From the IMG/VR virus record IMGVR_UViG_3300028920_000023: 64,000 nucleotides of DNA; one strand, written 5' to 3'. The stretch comes from a virus. Its lineage: Duplodnaviria; Caudoviricetes. Under the pieces are notes generated by a model. That model did no database searches. It was given only the letters and a program-made list of their open reading frames with translations, and had not been told where the DNA came from. The first letter of the stretch is position 1, and each line of letters starts with the position of its first letter. Of this stretch, positions 1-8,133 are shown one piece after another. A program made the position numbers and the translations under genes.

Positions 1-132
1 CTTATCTTCCATCCAACCTAACAGATTATCAAGGTCCCGCAACCCACTATCAGAAGCAGCAACCTCATCAATCGTCTTGCCCTTATTATCACCAAAAGGG
101 ATCCTAAAATTTTTAGCCTGTTTGAAAGTCAT
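1..132 (-). CDS. Partial hypothetical protein with a PFGxxKG motif (DUF3820-like), running off the window edge
   Basis: Not in the ORF track. ATG at 132 overlaps the TGA of 129..377 (ATGA); reads MTFKQAKNFRIPFGDNKGKTIDEV... and is open to base 1. Confidence 0.55.
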   Translation of the reverse strand, partial: MTFKQAKNFRIPFGDNKGKTIDEVAASDSGLRDLDNLLGWMEDK

Positions 133-377
133 CCAAAAGACCTCGACACCTTAGGTTTAGGACTAGGAGAAACTGATTTGGGCCTGGACAAACCACTACG
201 GTGTTCCTCAATTATCTTAGCTAATGTTTGCCCTTCATCATAGGACACATTCTCACCTTTTTTCTTGAACCTCTCGCACAACTGCTCCGCATTAAGGGTG
301 TCCCCCAATTGACCACACATCTTCTTCGCTCTTACAGCAAGCGCTTTCATCCTCGGCGTCAAATCCCCACTCGGCAT
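129..377 (-). CDS. Hypothetical protein
   Basis: 82-aa ORF coupled to the next gene by an ATGA overlap. Confidence 0.55.
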   Translation of the reverse strand: MPSGDLTPRMKALAVRAKKMCGQLGDTLNAEQLCERFKKKGENVSYDEGQTLAKIIEEHRSGLSRPKSVSPSPKPKVSRSFG

Positions 378-1056
378 AATCTTGTCCTTTCATCAAAAAC
401 TTGTTAATCCTCATTTTTCTAAGGAACTCAACAGACCACTCCCCAAGCCCGAAATTGACCCCATAAAAACTCACATTATCATCCACACAACACTTAGAAA
501 TATAACGATCAATAACAGCATTAGTCTCAAACTTACACGTAGGAAAAACATCCACAGCCTCATCAGGTCTCAGATAATCTATAGAAACATCCCCAGAATG
601 ACCACGAGCATGCTCACATTGTAATAAAGCACTCAGATATGGGGCATGCGGTACCACATAATGTGAACCAGGATGACAAGACCTAGAGACCGTCTGTAAA
701 GAATCTAGCACCACATCATCAGCATAAACCAGCCCGTTATCAGACCGCAACAATTCTCTAAAGCTAACACCAGCACAACAAGTGGAAATAGTCAACTTCA
801 AAAGACCCTCTCTATCATAATTAAGAAATTCGGATAACCTGATGTAAATCAGTATCGTCGGACCCATACGGGTTAACGTAGAAGCCACACACTTAACACG
901 GCGGTCATAACTCCCATTAAGGAATTTCGTATTCCAAGATGATGGCATGAAAATAATGTTTTTGACCGGAGATGGCGGCACAGGACAATGTACAACTTTA
1001 ACAACTTGATCTGAGAATTCATCCCAGGTTCTATCCATCCATTGTTTCGGTTTCAT
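292..1056 (-). CDS. Hypothetical protein
   Basis: 254-aa ORF co-oriented with neighbours; no recognisable motif. Confidence 0.65.
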   Translation of the reverse strand: MKPKQWMDRTWDEFSDQVVKVVHCPVPPSPVKNIIFMPSSWNTKFLNGSYDRRVKCVASTLTRMGPTILIYIRLSEFLNYDREGLLKLTISTCCAGVSFRELLRSDNGLVYADDVVLDSLQTVSRSCHPGSHYVVPHAPYLSALLQCEHARGHSGDVSIDYLRPDEAVDVFPTCKFETNAVIDRYISKCCVDDNVSFYGVNFGLGEWSVEFLRKMRINKFLMKGQDYAEWGFDAEDESACCKSEEDVWSIGGHP

Positions 1057-2092
1057 ATTGTGCCTCTAAATCTTCCATTTCGTAAACATAATCACGTTGA
1101 GCCCTTCTAATATCACTCTCGAGCCGTTCCTCATCCGCTCTTGCTTGTCTCTCTTCTTTTCTAGCATTCACATCAATAATTACATGCTTCTTAAGAACAG
1201 AATCATCAACCTTTTGCGGAGCTGGCAGACTCATAGCAGGATTCAAACGTTTAAACAAAGTGGAAATAGCATTCTCATTCTGCATCATCTCCAGAACTTC
1301 CTGCACAGTGGGAATCGATTCCAATATCTCCTTTGCTTTGGAGCGAGTCAACCTCCCAGTTGTAACCAATTCCTCTGTAGCCCTATTCTCAGCGTCATTA
1401 ATAACATGTTTTACTCTATCCTTGCCTTGCTTCAGGATACTGGTCTGCATCCGGACTTTGTTTTCGATCTCCATTTCCTGTTCTCTACATGCGGCATATT
1501 GCTGTTGTAGATCAGATCGTTCTTTGATCAAGTGAGAGGCCAAATCCTTCTTTATAGAATTAACAACATCAGCCCTCTGTTCACGCAAAGCTTTCTTCTT
1601 CTGAGTCTTTTCCTCAAACAATCTCTTAATCTCTTCCTTGTGCCTTTCTTTCATTTCCTTCTCTTTACGTCGATATTCGTCATCCACATCGGCAAGCTGA
1701 ATATCTATCTGCGTAGTAGCTGATTCCTGGTGTTTCTCCACCAAATCGTCTATCTGGGAATCTTTTCTGGTTATAATGTCTTTTAATTGCTCCGATGTCA
1801 GCGTCAACCCAGCCTGGAGCCTAAGGCGATCCTCCAGTGTACTGGTTCCTTCTAGTTCATCTGACAAGGCCTTTCGAATGGTGTCTGCTCTGCTTTTTAT
1901 GAGGGATTTAAGTTGGTTTCTTTCCGTAGTGGAGGTTATAACTTCTTCTTGTACTTCCTGTACTTCCTGTACTTCCTGTACTTCCTGTACTTCCTGTACT
2001 TCCTGATCACCAGTACATTTCTTTTGATGATTTGTTAGAGCGAACTTCTTACTAAACGACCTATTACACTTATCACATACGAATTCAGACAT
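1031..2092 (-). CDS. N-terminal classical-type zinc finger (CCHC variant) plus coiled-coil protein
   Basis: CDKCNRSFSKKFALTNHQKKC fits C-x2-C-x3-F-x5-L-x2-H-x3-C; followed by a QEV repeat and a long coiled-coil-like region; AGGAG SD upstream. Confidence 0.75.
   Translation of the reverse strand: MSEFVCDKCNRSFSKKFALTNHQKKCTGDQEVQEVQEVQEVQEVQEVQEEVITSTTERNQLKSLIKSRADTIRKALSDELEGTSTLEDRLRLQAGLTLTSEQLKDIITRKDSQIDDLVEKHQESATTQIDIQLADVDDEYRRKEKEMKERHKEEIKRLFEEKTQKKKALREQRADVVNSIKKDLASHLIKERSDLQQQYAACREQEMEIENKVRMQTSILKQGKDRVKHVINDAENRATEELVTTGRLTRSKAKEILESIPTVQEVLEMMQNENAISTLFKRLNPAMSLPAPQKVDDSVLKKHVIIDVNARKEERQARADEERLESDIRRAQRDYVYEMEDLEAQYETETMDG
1951..2004. repeat. 9-bp tandem repeat (gtacttcct)x6 encoding QEV repeats
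   Basis: Six perfect copies, in frame within 1031..2092. Confidence 0.95.
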
Positions 2093-2142
2093 GCTTATCT
2101 CCTAGCATTTCGGCTGATGGGCATTTGTATCTGAGTGTTTCT

Positions 2143-2391
2143 TTATTTAAAGTTATAACGCCCAGGCGTTTTTCTTGACGGGGTCACCGGGCTTAATTTC
2201 CTGGATCTCAATATCGAAGCTATCGGTATTATGCTTTTAGCGAAGAACAGAGCTTGTCTTTTACAGTATGTCTTTAATTCAAATCCCTTTGTGCTCTGTA
2301 AAATGACAACATCTTCTTTATTCGTTACCGACCAATGCCAGTTATTATCTTGTCCGACATAGATCTTAATCAGATCCTTTTTTCTCTGCAT
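2143..2391 (-). CDS. DUF1508/YegP-like small protein
   Basis: KIYVGQDNNWHWSV...ILQSTKGFELKTYC resembles the YegP repeat pattern. Confidence 0.5.
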   Translation of the reverse strand: MQRKKDLIKIYVGQDNNWHWSVTNKEDVVILQSTKGFELKTYCKRQALFFAKSIIPIASILRSRKLSPVTPSRKTPGRYNFK

Positions 2392-2737
2392 CTTTTTTCT
2401 CCTCCCAATATTTCTTTATCTCTTCCTCGGATACCGGAAATGATTTTATACAAATTTCTAATTTAACCAGATTCGGGTAATCCATACCTTCGCGAAAATC
2501 CTTCAGACCCTTATCGTTTGGGTTCTGATAGGCCATTACAACCCATCCACTAGAGAATCTTATATTTCCAAGTAAATCAGATAACGTTAGAGATTTACCT
2601 GTTTTTATATTAGTCAACCATTCTGCATCAGCCCCTGCGGTTGGTATGAACGTTCCTTCTATTTTAGATTCCATTCTTCCTCCGAACACACAGAAGGCCG
2701 AGCGATCAACCTCGGCCTTCTGTCTTTGGGTACCCAA
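2366..2737 (-). CDS. Hypothetical protein
   Basis: 123-aa ORF in a packed run of minus-strand genes. Confidence 0.6.
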   Translation of the reverse strand: MGTQRQKAEVDRSAFCVFGGRMESKIEGTFIPTAGADAEWLTNIKTGKSLTLSDLLGNIRFSSGWVVMAYQNPNDKGLKDFREGMDYPNLVKLEICIKSFPVSEEEIKKYWEEKKDAEKKGSD

Positions 2738-2741
2738 TATT

Positions 2742-3128
2742 TTACCCTAGAACTTTTACTTCGTCTAGCGCATGTTTTCCTCTAGCGGTCCTGACGAATC
2801 TGGCTGTATTGTGTGCTGGCACTGGCAAGCAACTCGGTCTTTGTTCTGGATTAGCATAGAATGCGTGATCATCAAATTGGGCTGGATGACGGTAGTCCTG
2901 CACAATGAGCACAGAGCGAACCCTACTAGGGGGCTTCGTCACAATCTTATTCCCAACCTTTTTAACACGCCTCTCCAACCTAGCTCTCTTAAATCGACAA
3001 ATTGTAATGGCCTTAACCTTAAGACTCGCAGAAATATAATTTTTTCTTAACCTACCAAACCTCAAAGACTCGCTCGGGATCGCTGGACACACATAATTGT
3101 CTTCTGGAAGAATCGGTTGCTTAGCCAT
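2742..3128 (-). CDS. Hypothetical basic protein
   Basis: 128-aa ORF with AGGAGG SD. Confidence 0.7.
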   Translation of the reverse strand: MAKQPILPEDNYVCPAIPSESLRFGRLRKNYISASLKVKAITICRFKRARLERRVKKVGNKIVTKPPSRVRSVLIVQDYRHPAQFDDHAFYANPEQRPSCLPVPAHNTARFVRTARGKHALDEVKVLG

Positions 3129-3140
3129 ACTAGCCTCCTA

Positions 3141-3377
3141 TTATATATTTACAAAAACAACATAACCTACACCCATAATAAGAGCAGAAATAATCATACC
3201 ATCGCCAATATCAGCTAACTTCCGACCATCTCCATAACTATCCATACGATATAACCCATAATTATGAACAAAAAGGCCAAGGAACAGAATGAATATAATG
3301 AGACCTATTATCAGATGCTCTATTGCGGAAATCTGATCTCCGGTCATTCTCTGTTCTTCCTGATGGTCTTTTCGCAT
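3141..3377 (-). CDS. Small membrane protein (2 predicted TM segments)
   Basis: Hydrophobic stretches LIIGLIIFILFLGLFV and MIISALIMGVGYVVFV. Confidence 0.6.
   Translation of the reverse strand: MRKDHQEEQRMTGDQISAIEHLIIGLIIFILFLGLFVHNYGLYRMDSYGDGRKLADIGDGMIISALIMGVGYVVFVNI
3144..3151 (-). promoter_or_regulatory. Candidate late promoter TAAATATA
   Basis: YAAANATA instance 4 nt before the AGGAGG SD of 2742..3128. Confidence 0.5.
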
Positions 3378-3485
3378 CCTATCTTTGTATCATAAATAAC
3401 CAAATTATCATATAAATTTAATAATATCTGGAGCACGATAAAATAACGCAGAGCGTTACATCACCCATTATAAGGAGGGCAAATC

Positions 3486-3680
3486 ATGCCTAAACAACCA
3501 AAATTCTGTAAGTGGCTAAAGCGATACAGAGAACGCAAAGACCTGACCCAAAAGGAAACCGCAAACACCCTAGAGGTCTCCACGCCAAGAATATCCGAAT
3601 GGGAACGAAACACCCGCTCCCCAAAAATACTCACCCAAGAAGGAATCAAAGCAAGACTAATCAGCAAATACGGAGAATAA
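3486..3680 (+). CDS. XRE/Cro-like helix-turn-helix protein
   Basis: LKRYRERKDLTQKETANTLEVSTPRISEWERNTRSP is a typical HTH_3 pattern; AGGAGG SD upstream. Confidence 0.85.
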   Translation: MPKQPKFCKWLKRYRERKDLTQKETANTLEVSTPRISEWERNTRSPKILTQEGIKARLISKYGE

Positions 3681-3715
3681 ATTTCACACCGAGCAGAATC
3701 AGGTACGATACAAAC

Positions 3716-4162
3716 ATGAGATACCTGATTCTGCTCCCCCTGCTCTGCACCAACCTCTCAGCACGAGGAATCCGAATAACATACCAACCAGAAATAAAAA
3801 GATACCCAATAAGGACCCGCATCCAACCAAGCACAGCATCAAGACCACTCTGGCCAAGTCCCAAAACACCAAATATAAAACCACTACCAAGACTCAAACA
3901 ACAAAAACCAAAATTCGACGAATACAAATTCTACAAACTAAAACAAAAAATGGGATACAAAGAATACGACGACCAATACAACCGCTGGAAACAAAGCACA
4001 CAATATTTAACATATCTAGACAAGAAAAACAAACCAAAACCGACTAGAAAAGAAGATATCAGAGAAGAAGATATAGATAAGAAAAACCAAGCACTAATGC
4101 ATGCAATAACCACAACACCAAAAACCAGAAAAGATGAACTAGACGACATAGGCGACGAATAA
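3716..4162 (+). CDS. Putative exported basic protein (start re-assigned to ATG 3716)
   Basis: MRYLILLPLLCTNLSA is signal-peptide-like; in frame with track ORF 3512..4162. Confidence 0.55.
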   Translation: MRYLILLPLLCTNLSARGIRITYQPEIKRYPIRTRIQPSTASRPLWPSPKTPNIKPLPRLKQQKPKFDEYKFYKLKQKMGYKEYDDQYNRWKQSTQYLTYLDKKNKPKPTRKEDIREEDIDKKNQALMHAITTTPKTRKDELDDIGDE

Positions 4163-4507
4163 TCAAAGCCACCTACATAATCCAGAAACATTATTCGCTT
4201 TCAATTCTTTACCATCACCAGTCCTAACACCAGCATCACTCAGCAGAACCGCCAAATCCGCACAGGAAAAATACGGAGCAGCAAGTAATAAAAACTCCAC
4301 CAACTCAGAATTAGCCCTACCCAAAGTCAAATCAGATAAAAGAACACAGAACCTATACTCATTATTACCCTTACCAATAACTACCAGCTTATTATACTGA
4401 TCCAACCATTCTGGTTCAGAATCAGACAACATGGTCTTAGCTTTATCAACCTCTATATCACATAATCTACTACCGATCTGTGCAAAAAGCATTTGTCCAT
4501 CCCCCAT
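4163..4507 (-). CDS. Hypothetical protein
   Basis: 114-aa ORF, coupled to 4507..4743. Confidence 0.6.
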   Translation of the reverse strand: MGDGQMLFAQIGSRLCDIEVDKAKTMLSDSEPEWLDQYNKLVVIGKGNNEYRFCVLLSDLTLGRANSELVEFLLLAAPYFSCADLAVLLSDAGVRTGDGKELKANNVSGLCRWL

Positions 4508-4743
4508 TACTTGACCTTGATTTTTCTAAAACTCGTCTTGTTACTGACCTTGAATATCAAGTCATCCTCACTAATAAATAATACACCACGAACCCTAAAC
4601 CATTTGCACTCGATACAAGGATTGATCTTCCCAACAGCATCCTCCGGACATTCGGCACGAACGAAAATCTGCTCATCGATACTCGGACCCTCTTGCGGAA
4701 TGACCTCGTATATCATTACCCACCTCCCGCGTAATGATATCAA
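4507..4743 (-). CDS. Hypothetical protein
   Basis: 78-aa ORF. Confidence 0.55.
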   Translation of the reverse strand: MISLRGRWVMIYEVIPQEGPSIDEQIFVRAECPEDAVGKINPCIECKWFRVRGVLFISEDDLIFKVSNKTSFRKIKVK

Positions 4744-4968
4744 CCAACAAACAACAAAGAAATTAACTAAGAAATATCAATTCACAACACCCATCCATAT
4801 CACACTCAGGACAACAAACCCTAGATAAATCCTTACTCTCGACATATCCCTTCGGAGCATGCTCCGGACAACAACCGCCACAGACAGAACCGCACTTCTT
4901 GCAGACATAGACAGCAATATTCTTATCCGGGACTCGCACATCCCCCAGTGGTGTAACAACCCTATCAA

Positions 4969-5220
4969 TTAATCCTTATCAAGAAAATATTCAACAGTCT
5001 TCTTTAGAAGACAATCCGACCTATTATTTAGAAAATCAATCAAGAATTTCTTTTGAGCATTAACCTCCTTAATATGACGCTCAAGCTCATCTAACGGAAT
5101 ATCTATCTCATTTTGAACAATACCACGACATTTATTCATAAAAAATTTATAATGGTGATCGAATTCCTCCTGGAATCCAATCCAATCCTTCCATAATTGT
5201 TCCCTAGGATCAGAACTCAT
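4969..5220 (-). CDS. Hypothetical protein
   Basis: 83-aa ORF with ATGA coupling to the upstream gene. Confidence 0.6.
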   Translation of the reverse strand: MSSDPREQLWKDWIGFQEEFDHHYKFFMNKCRGIVQNEIDIPLDELERHIKEVNAQKKFLIDFLNNRSDCLLKKTVEYFLDKD

Positions 5221-5441
5221 TTCTTCTCCCTTTCCTCTGGCGAATCCTTGGGAGTACCATGTTTAATCACCTTAACCCTAATAGGACCACCCTTAGACTT
5301 CTTACTCTTATTATCCAAAGCACGATTAATAAGCCAATTCAACTCGCGCTCATCAATCTCGACAAGAACCACATCGCCAGTCGGTTCCCCAGATTTATCT
5401 TCCATAGAAAATTCAGAAGGCAATACACATCTAAAGGACAT
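5217..5441 (-). CDS. Hypothetical protein
   Basis: 74-aa ORF. Confidence 0.55.
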   Translation of the reverse strand: MSFRCVLPSEFSMEDKSGEPTGDVVLVEIDERELNWLINRALDNKSKKSKGGPIRVKVIKHGTPKDSPEEREKK

Positions 5442-5486
5442 CCCACAATCCCCATCCTTTTTTGAAAAAATCCTATCTCAAGTGAA

Positions 5487-5801
5487 TTAATCGACAATTC
5501 CGAGATTAGATATAATCTCCCTAGCCCTAGCCTTCCTCGCATCCTCTAAGAACGCCGGCTCACAGTTCTCCTCGTTGATCACGAAGCCGTTGTAGATCGT
5601 CCACGTGATCACGTGGTTGTAACCAAAGATGATGCTTGTTTCGTTAACGTGCTCGATCGAGAACTCCTCCTCGTAGCCCTTGAAGTAGCGCTTGGCCTCA
5701 CGGTACACGCTGGACATCAACTCTTCGATATTGTCCGCGTAGAACTCCAAGAACTCGTCCAGCTCTTCCTTCTCAAGCTCCGCCTTCGTCTTCTTCCCCA
5801 T
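5487..5801 (-). CDS. Hypothetical acidic protein in a GC-rich, C3-biased segment (start re-assigned to ATG 5801)
   Basis: GAGGAG SD before MGKKTKAELEKEE; codon usage differs from the flanks. Confidence 0.65.
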   Translation of the reverse strand: MGKKTKAELEKEELDEFLEFYADNIEELMSSVYREAKRYFKGYEEEFSIEHVNETSIIFGYNHVITWTIYNGFVINEENCEPAFLEDARKARAREIISNLGIVD

Positions 5802-5812
5802 GCTTCGTCTCC

Positions 5813-6058
5813 TCACGCGCCGGGCAAGGCGTCTATGATCATATCCGCATCAATATAGACATTCCAATCATAATCAGAACCTAACTCCCAAATCTGAAAT
5901 TTCTCATAATTTGGAGGAAAACCGGGGAACTTCGCCTCATCAATAACCTTAAAATCAGCACCAATACGACCAGCCCAAGACCTCATCAAAGGAAAAGTAA
6001 TATTACACAACTCCGGAAACCAATTATCAATAGCAATAGTATAAACACACTTCTCCAT
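5813..6058 (-). pseudogene. Truncated nucleotide-diphospho-sugar glycosyltransferase-like gene
   Basis: VYTIAI...FKVI...YEKFQIWE...VYIDADMI is a GT-A N-terminus with DxD; the ORF ends a few codons after DxD, where base composition changes. Confidence 0.5.
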
Positions 6059-6063
6059 AATCC

Positions 6064-6351
6064 CTACTCTTCCGATTGTGCCACAACCTTATTGTCCTTA
6101 ACAACCGCATTGGCCTTCTCCAAACATTCGCTGCAAATCCTAAAATATTCAGAAAGCGAACTAGAAGATCTGCGCGACGACATTTCAGCATTAATAGAAT
6201 AAACAATATCAACTTGTGGCTTGCCCCTCTGGCCACAAACATGACACCAATCAGAACTATTATGTTCAAGAAACTCAGGCATTATTCTCCTCCTTTTCGA
6301 ATGCGCAGCATGAAATACCTTTAGATTTATCTTTATCGGTAGCCGCCTCAT
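6064..6351 (-). CDS. Hypothetical Zn-binding protein
   Basis: CHVC...CSEC pairs. Confidence 0.55.
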   Translation of the reverse strand: MRRLPIKINLKVFHAAHSKRRRIMPEFLEHNSSDWCHVCGQRGKPQVDIVYSINAEMSSRRSSSSLSEYFRICSECLEKANAVVKDNKVVAQSEE

Positions 6352-6354
6352 CAG

Positions 6355-6819
6355 TCATTTGACTCGTAATGGTTCGTAATGGTGTTTAATCTGATGCAAA
6401 ACCCCTGGGCCAACAATACCCCAATCCACATAAGGACGCTTGCCCGCGTTTAACACCAAAGGACAACCAAAAGCGGCATCGTCCACGTAAACCCTCGCGT
6501 ACGCCTTCGGGGACGTCGTCCAATCCTGTGGGTTACAATTGGCATGTGTGAACAAATCGACGTTACTCATGCTTTGGATAAATTTCCAAGCCTCATCTAA
6601 CATGTTCCCGCCTTCTTGCCCGTTACTCCGCATCGTCCACAAAATCAGCGTAGCGCCCACATCATACCACTTCTCCAGCCAATAAAAAGCCCCAGGAACC
6701 GGTGCCCCAATACGGGGGAACTCGTGCTCAACGATAGTCCCATCGAAATCTACCGCTACAGGAAACTCGGCATATCTTGGGATCTTGATTTCATCAGCGT
6801 CCCCTTTTTCGTTAGGCAT
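6355..6819 (-). CDS. HAD-superfamily phosphatase (start re-assigned to ATG 6819)
   Basis: VAVDFDGTIV motif I, ILWTMR motif II, K...YVDD motifs III/IV; GAGGAG SD. Confidence 0.85.
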   Translation of the reverse strand: MPNEKGDADEIKIPRYAEFPVAVDFDGTIVEHEFPRIGAPVPGAFYWLEKWYDVGATLILWTMRSNGQEGGNMLDEAWKFIQSMSNVDLFTHANCNPQDWTTSPKAYARVYVDDAAFGCPLVLNAGKRPYVDWGIVGPGVLHQIKHHYEPLRVK

Positions 6820-6939
6820 AAACACTCCTCTTTGCTTGACAACTCGAACCCACACAAAGGACCGGGGACCGGAACAAGCTCCTGCTTGTAACTCATGGTC
6901 CCCGCTCCCGTCTTACAGCAGCATCTCAGACCAACACTT

Positions 6940-7542
6940 TCATCTGTCTTCCTTTCTGCGCTGTGCTTTCCAATCGATGCCAAAATCACCCGATTTGATC
7001 TTGACCATACGTCCATCTTTGTGATGCCAAACAATTCCTTCAATCCCTGCAGTTTCCAAGAACTCGCGAATGCCATCGAACGTCAGCTTGAATTCCATGT
7101 GGATGATGTGCTGCCCGTGCCCCAACAATACATGGTCTTTCAGTCCATACGGATTCCCTTGGACCTTTGGTCCGACAAGCTCATATGTCCCTGGACGCCA
7201 CGTACTGGTTCTGTTGAAAGCTTCCCAGTGCCATAGATCTTGAGAGATGCTGCCATTGTTTTCTGGTCCGTTACTGACAGGCACCCACCCATGCTTGTTG
7301 CCGGTCACAGGATCTTCAGGACCGGCCTGGACGAAGCCTTTAGGCGCATCCTTGCCCTTCTTCAACTGGTATCGCTTCCAGTAATTCTGACTCTCGTCAA
7401 CCATGCAGGATGTTCCATCCCATTTGACCGTCGGAGTTCCTCCACCAGCCAAAACCCATTCAGATCCTGGAACCACCTCATCGTAGACTTGTCGGTCACC
7501 ATCGTAATTCCGCTTGAACAAACTAGGAATCTTCTTCATCAT
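6940..7542 (-). CDS. RNA-ligase-like nucleotidyltransferase (DUF5565-like)
   Basis: MKKIPSLFKR...TVKWDGTSC (motif I KxDG), YELVG, IEGIVW...MVKIK. Confidence 0.7.
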   Translation of the reverse strand: MMKKIPSLFKRNYDGDRQVYDEVVPGSEWVLAGGGTPTVKWDGTSCMVDESQNYWKRYQLKKGKDAPKGFVQAGPEDPVTGNKHGWVPVSNGPENNGSISQDLWHWEAFNRTSTWRPGTYELVGPKVQGNPYGLKDHVLLGHGQHIIHMEFKLTFDGIREFLETAGIEGIVWHHKDGRMVKIKSGDFGIDWKAQRRKEDR

Positions 7543-7568
7543 TCTATCCTTTTATTCGTCCATGACCG

Positions 7569-7904
7569 CTACAACTCAATACGTGCCACGTTGATCTTTA
7601 GGGTATCGATTGCGCCGTTGAGATCTATTATTCTGTCCCGCAACTCCACCGCTAACGGCGTGGCATCTTCGAAAGCCTCCGTCTTCTTGTTGGCATCCTC
7701 CGGCGTATCATCCTCACGCATAACCGGCCTCGCCGATATCAACAAACGCTCATTCAGCTCCCGCAACTCGGAAATAGCCTTATTCAAATTGTGCAACTGC
7801 CTCGCTATGTGCCCCTCCCGCTCCGGATCCGGATACGGCTCGCCCCGTTCAACCAAACGATCCTCTTCTACTGTAAAAACCTCCCTCACTCTGCCCATAA
7901 TCAT
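7569..7904 (-). CDS. Hypothetical coiled-coil protein
   Basis: 111-aa ORF with AGGAG SD. Confidence 0.65.
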   Translation of the reverse strand: MIMGRVREVFTVEEDRLVERGEPYPDPEREGHIARQLHNLNKAISELRELNERLLISARPVMREDDTPEDANKKTEAFEDATPLAVELRDRIIDLNGAIDTLKINVARIEL

Positions 7905-7929
7905 GTCTCCTTAACCATTGGCTTTGGGA

Positions 7930-8120
7930 CTTCATATCCGGGTGCTCACGCAACGAAATATGGTTAGAGATCTATCTCGTATCCGTCTGCTGTCTACAAA
8001 GTATTATCTCCATCATCCTTCTCCCCGTTCATTACTGTTAATTAACATTAATCGGAAACCATATCTCGTGACTCCAAGCTGGGTTTGTCGCCTTCGTATC
8101 CAGATACTCGAACAACGAAA
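7930..8120. repeat. Imperfect 29-bp direct repeat (7930..7958 and 8092..8120)
   Basis: cttcatatccgggtgctcacgcaacgaaa vs cttcgtatccagatactcgaacaacgaaa, 22/29 identical by manual alignment. Confidence 0.6.
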
Positions 8121-8133
8121 ATAATTGACGATA

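Noticed and set aside
292-1056. Serine-recombinase similarity (ILIYIRLS)
   Set aside because: The motif is not N-terminal and the other resolvase motifs are absent; no integrase or att site recognised.
1951-2004. Tandem repeat as a possible CRISPR array
   Set aside because: 9-bp units with no spacers, in frame within a CDS; no repeat-spacer array seen anywhere in the window.
3512-3715. N-terminal extension of the 216-aa track ORF
   Set aside because: Overlaps the HTH gene 3486..3680; ATG 3716 gives a signal-peptide-like start.
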